A DNA stretch of 64,000 nucleotides, from NCBI RefSeq assembly GCF_028275115.1, contig NZ_JAQCNH010000001.1, positions 17,321 through 81,320 on the forward strand, in the 5' to 3' direction. Of the stretch, positions 57,809-64,000 are shown one piece after another. Position numbers and translations under genes: made by a program. This DNA comes from Halorientalis sp. Lineage in GTDB: Archaea > Halobacteriota > Halobacteria > Halobacteriales > Haloarculaceae. The notes beneath the pieces were generated by a model. It did not search any database. It had not been told where the DNA came from and saw nothing but the letters and a program-made list of their open reading frames with translations. The first letter of the stretch is position 1. The number at the start of each line of letters is the position of its first letter.

Positions 57809-58626
57809 GTGCCGCTCGACGAGACTGTCTGTATCGTAGCTGGCGGCGGTCGGGCCTCGGTGAGGCGACAGCCGAGCACCTGGCGGCCGAGGGCGCGACG
57901 GTCGTCGTAAACGACCTCGGGACCTTCCTGCAGGGCGACGGCGAGAGCGCGGAACCGGCGGACGAGACCGTAGCGTCGATCCGTACCGCCGGCGGGACCG
58001 CGATGTCCCACCTCGGTGACGTGACCGACATCGATTACACCGAGAAATCGGTCGCCGGGTACGGCCGTGTCGACGCCGCCGTCAACTTCGCCGGCGTCCT
58101 GCGGGACGCCTCCCTCACGGAGATGGCCGGCGACGACTGGGACACCGTGGTCGACGTCCACCTGCGAGGCCACTTCGCTCTGCTCCGGACCCTCGCGCGC
58201 CACTGGGACGAGACCGCGGACGACGCCGACCGCGAGCGTGCGTTCGTCGGCGTCACCAGTCCCTCCGCGCTGGGTGCCGCCGGCCAGGCCAACTGCGCGG
58301 CCGTCAAAGCCGGTGTGCTGGGGCTGGTCCGCACCGCGTCGGCGGAGTCACCGCGCTACGACGCCCGAGCTAGCGCGCTCATGCCCGTCGCGTACACCCG
58401 CACAATCGAGGACATCCCCGAAGCGAAACGCCATTTCGGCGAGGACAACACGCCGCCCGAGAAGGTCGCCCCGGTCGTCGGCTCCCTCGTCAGCGAGGCC
58501 GCCGAGGGTGTCCGCGGCGAAACCGTGCGTGCCCAGGGCGACATGGTGTCACTGGTCACCGGCCCCGAGGACGAATCTTCGATGGTCGACGGGTTGAGCG
58601 GGCGGTTCGGCGAGCTACTCGACTAG
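57809..58626 (+). pseudogene. Short-chain dehydrogenase (FabG/MFE-2-like); frameshift in the GxxxGxG loop and catalytic Tyr replaced by Cys
   Basis: VPLDETVCIVAGGGR / GLGEATA in different frames; VNFAGVLRD; GQANCAAVKAG instead of YxxxK. Confidence 0.8.
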
Positions 58627-58961
58627 AGCCACCCGTCGGGCAGTTCCCCCTTGTGGTCGTGAATCAGTTCGAGGACCGGTGCCACCTGGCCCCACTCCGG
58701 GCCAGTGCTGATCTCGCCGGTCTCTCGGTCCCAGTTGACGATCTCCATGGCGTCGAGTTTCGGCAGGTGGTCGTGTACCAACTGAGACTGCAACACGGTC
58801 GACTCCCGCTCGGTCTCGGCGACGATATCGAGTGGATCGAGGTCCGTATCGTCCTGCGGATTGTGTTCGAGGAGGGCGACGAGCAACTGTCGACGATACG
58901 GGTCCGATAGCGCCGCGAAGAGTTTCTCCCAGGAGTCCGGGTTCACGATACATGTTATCAT
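58623..58961 (-). CDS. Small haloarchaeal winged-helix (ArsR-like) protein
   Basis: LFAALSDPYRRQLLVALL...LVHDHLPKLDAMEIVNWD...GPEW. Confidence 0.78.
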   Translation of the reverse strand: MITCIVNPDSWEKLFAALSDPYRRQLLVALLEHNPQDDTDLDPLDIVAETERESTVLQSQLVHDHLPKLDAMEIVNWDRETGEISTGPEWGQVAPVLELIHDHKGELPDGWL

Positions 58962-59083
58962 AACCCATCGGTAAGCCGTCTTGGCTTGGTGTACCAAGCT
59001 ACGCGTAATCGGTCAGGTTCGGCGGGTTCGGAAGAACAGGTGAGTTCGCTCCGGCCGGCAGTCGTCACAGCGTTACGGCGCGG

Positions 59084-60742
59084 TCACTGGCTCTCGGGCG
59101 CGGCGTCTTCGGGGACCTGCCCTTCGACGAGGTCCTCGTCGGCGTACTCCTCGCGCAGGTCTTTCTTCGAGAACTTCCCGGTCGCGGTCTTGGGGACCTC
59201 GTCGATCTGGATGAAGTCGTCCGGAAGCCACCACTTGGGGTAATCCTCGGCGATCTCCTCGCGCAGGTCCTCTGCCACGGCGTCGGGGTCGGCCTCCTCG
59301 ACCGGGACGATGAACGCAACGGGGCGTTCCTGCCAGCGTTCGTGGGGAACGCCGACGACGGCGGCCTCGGCCACGCCGTTGTTTGCCATGATGGCGTTCT
59401 CCAGTTCGACCGAGGAGATCCACTCCCCGCCGGATTTGATCACGTCCTTGGCGCGGTCGACAATCTTGATGTAACCGTCGTCGTCGACGGTCACCACGTC
59501 GCCGGTCTTGAGCCAGTCGCCCTCGAAGTCGTTCTCGTTGGCTTCCGGGCGCTCGAAGTACTCCTGGGTGACCCAGGGGCCGCGAACGTACAGTTCGCCG
59601 AAGTCCTCACCGTTCCACGGAATCTCGTTGCCGTCGTCGTCGATGACTTTGAACTCCAGGCCGGGAACGACCAGACCCTGCTTGGCCCGGCGGTCGAGCT
59701 GTTCGTCGTAGGAGAGTTCCTCGGCCAGCCCGGATTTGAGGTGGGCGACCGACCCGATGGGCGACATCTCCGTCATTCCCCAGGCGTGGGTGACGGACAC
59801 GTCGTACTGGTCGAACCACTCGATCATGGCCTTCGGCGCCGCCGAACCGCCGATAATTACGGTTTCGAGTTCCGAGAGGTCGACCTCGTTGCCGGCCTGC
59901 ATGTACTCCTGCAGGCCGAGCCAGACGGTCGGGACGCCGGCGGTAATGGTGACGCCCTCTTCCTCGAGCAACTGTGCGATGTCGGCAGGCTCGGGCGACG
60001 GACCGGGATAGACGTGTTTCGCGCCGGCGGCGGTCGTCGAGAACGGCATCCCCCAGGCGTTGACGTGGAACATCGGGACGACTGGCATCACCACGTCGTC
60101 GTCCTCGACACCCAGCCCCTGGGGCGTCATTGTCGCCATCGTGTGCCCCCAAAGCATCTGCTGGGTGTACTCGACGCCTTTGGGTTTGCCCGTGGTGCCG
60201 GAGGTGTAACACATCCCGGCGGGTTGGTCCTGGTCGACGACCGGCCAGTCGTATTCGGTCTCGTGGCCCTCGATGAACGACTCGTAGTCGACGGCGTCGT
60301 AGGGCAGGTCCGGAACCGAGTCACCCATGACGACGATTTGCTCGACGCTGTCGAACGAGTCGGCGTCGTAGGCGCTCCCGAGCTTCTCCGCGAGCGAGGG
60401 GTCGACGAAAATCGCCTTGTCGGCGGCGTTCTCGACGATGAACTGGATGTGTTCGTCGGGAAGCAGGGGGTTGATAGTGTGGAGTTGCGCGCCCAGCGTC
60501 GGAATACCGAAGTAGGTCTCGAAGTGGCGGTGATGGTTCCAGCAGAACGTCGCGATGCGGTCGCCCTCACCCATACCGGCGTCGGTCAGGGCGTGGGCCA
60601 GTTGTGCTGTACGGTTGCTGTACTCCTCGTATGTGTAGCGTTCGATTCCCTGGTGGGTCCGTGAGACGATCTCTGTGTCGGGATAGAGATTTTCCGCACG
60701 CCACAGGAACGGCCGTAGTGTCTGGTCAGTGCCTCCTGGCAT
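59084..60742 (-). CDS. Medium/long-chain fatty-acid--CoA ligase (AlkK-like)
   Basis: [43 protein letters not shown]. Confidence 0.92.
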   Translation of the reverse strand: MPGGTDQTLRPFLWRAENLYPDTEIVSRTHQGIERYTYEEYSNRTAQLAHALTDAGMGEGDRIATFCWNHHRHFETYFGIPTLGAQLHTINPLLPDEHIQFIVENAADKAIFVDPSLAEKLGSAYDADSFDSVEQIVVMGDSVPDLPYDAVDYESFIEGHETEYDWPVVDQDQPAGMCYTSGTTGKPKGVEYTQQMLWGHTMATMTPQGLGVEDDDVVMPVVPMFHVNAWGMPFSTTAAGAKHVYPGPSPEPADIAQLLEEEGVTITAGVPTVWLGLQEYMQAGNEVDLSELETVIIGGSAAPKAMIEWFDQYDVSVTHAWGMTEMSPIGSVAHLKSGLAEELSYDEQLDRRAKQGLVVPGLEFKVIDDDGNEIPWNGEDFGELYVRGPWVTQEYFERPEANENDFEGDWLKTGDVVTVDDDGYIKIVDRAKDVIKSGGEWISSVELENAIMANNGVAEAAVVGVPHERWQERPVAFIVPVEEADPDAVAEDLREEIAEDYPKWWLPDDFIQIDEVPKTATGKFSKKDLREEYADEDLVEGQVPEDAAPESQ

Positions 60743-60808
60743 GGAATATACCAGCGGCGCACATCATATCATACTTCCCCTCAGGTGTGGCGGAGAATCG
60801 TCAGATGG

Positions 60809-61414
60809 TCAAACTTCGAGCCGCTGCATCAGGCCGACCAACTCCTCGAGTTGCGGGAAGGTGTAGACTTTGACGTTGATGTCTTCGTTCTGTGCGTGGA
60901 CGCGGGAGTCGAACATGAGCGCCATATCGCTGTCGCGGTCGCCGATAATTTCGTCGACGGTCCCGCTACCTGGCCCGAACGTGAAGTTCGGCGTCGACAT
61001 GTCGATGGTCGTCTCCAGCACGTTGGCCCAGCCGTCGATGAAGCCGCTGGTCATGATGTTCCCGATTTCCTGGATCGCACTCTTTTCCATCTCGGTGAAC
61101 CCGTCGGCGTCGGGGTCGGTTCCACCCATATCTCCGAGCATACCGGCGGCGAGGCGCTTCGCGCTGTCGGCGTTGAACAGAAAGAGGACGTGACCGTGTG
61201 GCGGCTCCTGCATCTCGATGTAGATACCGATCTGCTCGGCGTCACCGACGTGTGTCTTGATGTCCGGGATATCGATGAAGTTGATCTTCGTAATCTCCAT
61301 CTCGGTGTTCATACCAGTCATCTGGCTCATGTGGTTGGCGACCGTGTTCCCACCCTCCTTGGCCATCTTGTTGAAAATACTCAACTTCCGAATGTCTATC
61401 ATCAACTCGCTCAT
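60809..61414 (-). CDS. cheC: Orphan single-domain CheC chemotaxis phosphatase
   Basis: MIDIRKL...SAIQEIGNIMTSGFIDGWANVL (SxxxExxN). Confidence 0.85.
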   Translation of the reverse strand: MSELMIDIRKLSIFNKMAKEGGNTVANHMSQMTGMNTEMEITKINFIDIPDIKTHVGDAEQIGIYIEMQEPPHGHVLFLFNADSAKRLAAGMLGDMGGTDPDADGFTEMEKSAIQEIGNIMTSGFIDGWANVLETTIDMSTPNFTFGPGSGTVDEIIGDRDSDMALMFDSRVHAQNEDINVKVYTFPQLEELVGLMQRLEV

Positions 61415-61517
61415 GTGAAACCCGGGGTACTCCGACCTTCCCTGTCGGCGTATATAACTGACACCCAGCGAATATCAAATGCTGTAACGTCTGCGCGGCG
61501 GAACACCGCGCTGCCCG

Positions 61518-62186
61518 TCAGTCCACGCGGTGGCTTACCGCGATACCCTCGCCGACCGGTATCAGTGCCGTCTCGAACGCCGGGTCCTCGCCGACTCGTT
61601 CGAGGTAGGCCGCGACGCCTGCAGTGTGGTCGTCCACCGTGCCGGGGTTCCCGCCGCGGACTAGCGCCGACAGCGCCTCGACGTCCATGGGGCCGGCCGT
61701 CACGGCGTTGTCCGCGATGACGACCCCGCCCGCAGCGACCGTCGGCCGGACAGCCTCGAATGCCTCGCGGTAGCGGTGTTTCTCGTTGTCGATGAGGACC
61801 ACGTCGAAGGGGCCGTCGTACTCGTCGACAGTCTCGATGGCGTCGCCGAGTTCGTAGGTGGCCAGACCGTCGAAGCCGCCGCGGGCCATGTACTCGCGGG
61901 CCTGGTCGAGTTCGCCCTCGTCGACCTCGGTGAGGACGACCTCCCCGTCCTCGGGGAGCGCTCGGGCGAACCAGTACGCCGAGTAACCGAAGCCGGAGCC
62001 GAACTCGAAGACCCGGTTCGCCTGGACCATGCGGGCGAGCAACTGGAGCCACCCGCCCACCGTGGGCCCGACAGTCGGGAAGCCGTCGTTCTCGGCCCGT
62101 GCGTCCATCTCCGCGATAACCGCGTCGGGGTCGGGGCCGATAGCACGTGCGAACTCGGTGGTGGCGGCGGACAGAATCTCGGACAT
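61518..62186 (-). CDS. Class I SAM-dependent O-methyltransferase
   Basis: FPTVGP, VFEFGSGFGYS, FDVVLIDNEK, VIADN. Confidence 0.88.
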   Translation of the reverse strand: MSEILSAATTEFARAIGPDPDAVIAEMDARAENDGFPTVGPTVGGWLQLLARMVQANRVFEFGSGFGYSAYWFARALPEDGEVVLTEVDEGELDQAREYMARGGFDGLATYELGDAIETVDEYDGPFDVVLIDNEKHRYREAFEAVRPTVAAGGVVIADNAVTAGPMDVEALSALVRGGNPGTVDDHTAGVAAYLERVGEDPAFETALIPVGEGIAVSHRVD

Positions 62187-62255
62187 GTATCGGTATCGGG
62201 GTTCGACCCGGGTCTGCATAACGCTGACTCTGAGGAGGGGTCGACGGGGAACCGC

Positions 62256-63077
62256 TCAGCCGTCGGGTGTCGCGGCCACGACATCGGCCACCCGCTCGGG
62301 GTCGACGGGATTCGTCGTCTCCCCGTCTTGTTTGAATGCCGTCCCGACGATGGCACCGTCGGCCACCGACAGCAGGTCCGCGACCGAGTCGGCAGTGACG
62401 CCGCTGCCGACGAACACCGGCACGTCGGGGTCGGTGTCGTCCCGGACGGCCGCCACCGTTCGCAGGTCCTCGGCGTCGGTCACTGCCCCCGTGGCCGGTC
62501 CGGAGACGACGAGGCCGTCCGCCCGGCCGCGGTCGATCGCGTCCGCGACCGCGGGCCCGAGGTCCCGTTCGCCGAGCGATACGGAGTGTTTGACCGCGAC
62601 GTCCGCCAGTACGGCCACGTCGGTGTCGATCCGGTCGCGCAGGCGTACCGTCTCGGCGGCCCGGCCTTCGATCACTCCCTGGTCGGTCACCCGTGCGCCG
62701 GTGTGGACGTTCACCCGGACGAAGGCCGCGCCCACGGCCGCCGCGACCGAGAGCGCCGCCGCCGCGTCGTTCCGGAGGACGTTGATCCCGACGGGACAGT
62801 CGACGGTCTCACAGACTGCCGTTGCTACGCGGGTCATTTCGGCGACCACGTGTTTCGGCACGTCCTCGGCGTGAAACGGTGCGTCCCCGTAGTTCTCGAC
62901 AATCACCCCGTCAACGCTACCGTCCGCGAGCGTATGGGCGTCGGCGAGCGCCCGCTCTAAGACGGCCTCACGGCCCCGGTCCGGGTCGTACCCGGGTGCT
63001 CCCGGCAGTGGCGGGAGGTGAATCATCCCGACGACCGGACGGGTCGTTCCGAAGGTCGCAGTGAGATCGAGCGGCAT
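62256..63077 (-). CDS. BtpA/SgcQ-family TIM-barrel protein
   Basis: VGMIHLPPLPG, ENYGDAPF, GINVLRND, ADVAVKH, VFVGSG, GTAFK. Confidence 0.9.
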   Translation of the reverse strand: MPLDLTATFGTTRPVVGMIHLPPLPGAPGYDPDRGREAVLERALADAHTLADGSVDGVIVENYGDAPFHAEDVPKHVVAEMTRVATAVCETVDCPVGINVLRNDAAAALSVAAAVGAAFVRVNVHTGARVTDQGVIEGRAAETVRLRDRIDTDVAVLADVAVKHSVSLGERDLGPAVADAIDRGRADGLVVSGPATGAVTDAEDLRTVAAVRDDTDPDVPVFVGSGVTADSVADLLSVADGAIVGTAFKQDGETTNPVDPERVADVVAATPDG

Positions 63078-63271
63078 GTGACAGGATTCAGCGACGGCCC
63101 GCATAACCGCTTTGACCCCGTGGCGAATCGAGAGCGTGCTCCCGACGCGTTCGGATCGGGAACGTGCAGCGACGAACGACCGCGCCGGCAGTCCCGTCAC
63201 GCACACGACCGGTGCTGGTTCGCCCCCGCGTGTCGTCCCGAATCGGCCGAACAACGACTACACTGTCGCGC

Positions 63272-63838
63272 TCACTCGTCGGTCCACTTGATCGAACAGC
63301 CCCGAGATGGTCTGAACTCGTCGTCGATCTCCTCGCCGGACAGCAGACGGTCGACGATGTCGCGCATCTCCATCACCGTCGGTTCGTCGTCGGGATTCGG
63401 GGCATCGTCGATGCGACCGTGGTAGGCGAGTTCGAAGCCGCTCTCGCCCCCCGCAAACAGGAACGGGTCGGGCGTACAGACCGCGCCGTACTCGCGGGCG
63501 ACTGCCTGACTCTCGTCGCGGAGGTAAGCGTCGTACTGGATCGTCCCGTCGTCGACGAGTTCCTGCATCCGCTCGAACGAGTCGTCGGGGTACTCCGCGG
63601 CGTCGTTGGGGTTGATTCCGACCACGGCGAGGTCGCCGTACTCGCCGGCGAGGTGATTCAGTTCGTCGAACTTTGCTTGTGCGTACGGGCAGTGGTTACA
63701 GGTGAACACGACCAGTAGCGCCTCGTAGTCGTCGAAGTCCGATAGCGAGTGTGTCTCGTCGTCCACGCCGGGCAACTCGAAGTCGGGCGCCGACTCGCCG
63801 CGCTGGATGGCGTCGTCTTCGGAATCGAGTGCGACCAT
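63272..63838 (-). CDS. Thioredoxin-like (AhpC/TSA) protein
   Basis: FTCNHCPYA, YGAVCTPD, GRIDD, GCSIKW. Confidence 0.9.
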   Translation of the reverse strand: MVALDSEDDAIQRGESAPDFELPGVDDETHSLSDFDDYEALLVVFTCNHCPYAQAKFDELNHLAGEYGDLAVVGINPNDAAEYPDDSFERMQELVDDGTIQYDAYLRDESQAVAREYGAVCTPDPFLFAGGESGFELAYHGRIDDAPNPDDEPTVMEMRDIVDRLLSGEEIDDEFRPSRGCSIKWTDE

Positions 63839-63923
63839 AGCGGACGTAGTGGTGTGGCCGGCAAAAGTGTTGAGTCGCCGTCCAGACGACAGACGGATTG
63901 GCGCGGCACTCCTACCGACCGGT

Positions 63924-64000
63924 ATGAACGCACCGTCATTACTCGAGATGCGTTGGGCGGATGTCCTCTTCGCACACTGGGGCGTCCAGCCGGCGGTCGT
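63924..64000 (+). CDS. Start of a YqjF/DUF2071-like protein (partial)
   Basis: MNAPSLLEMRWADVLFAHW; runs off the window end. Confidence 0.6.
   Translation, partial: MNAPSLLEMRWADVLFAHWGVQPAV

Noticed and set aside
1-64000. tRNA, rRNA, integrase, cas or restriction/defence genes
   Set aside because: No cloverleaf or rRNA signatures and no matching protein motifs were seen by eye; tRNAscan-SE, Infernal and DefenseFinder would be needed to exclude them fully.

Overview
High-GC DNA with a strongly acidic (D/E-rich) proteome, multiple Tat signals, PGF-CTERM sorting signals, TFB, halocyanins and leaderless TATA promoters: a chromosomal segment of a halophilic archaeon (class Halobacteria). In order: a decayed IS200/IS605 (tnpB) left end; a beta-oxidation operon (3-hydroxyacyl-CoA DH/enoyl-CoA hydratase, PaaI thioesterase, MaoC); a destroyed HMG-CoA-synthase-like/DUF35/thiolase triad carrying a ~140-bp IS200/IS605 end-junction insert; the menaquinone cluster (menF, menD, menB, menA, menC, menE) split by a thiamine ABC operon with an AIR-synthase-family gene, a J-domain membrane protein and a PKD surface protein; gatCA, tfb, an Asn-synthase-like/PHP pair; a copper-protein neighbourhood (Sco, two halocyanins, a small membrane protein) split by a 2305-aa PGF-CTERM surface protein; acyl-CoA ligases, an orphan GAF/PAS kinase, a B12 acyl-CoA mutase with an isobutyryl-CoA-mutase signature, a CBS-ParB/Srx plus RCK-DHH pair, lrp, porBA, a DICT sensor, a dead ABC exporter, an acyl-CoA dehydrogenase, a dead SDR, cheC and several conserved genes. 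About ten accessory genes are pseudogenes while core genes are intact. No rRNA, tRNA or CRISPR array was seen. All family assignments come from motif recognition by eye; no database search was run.
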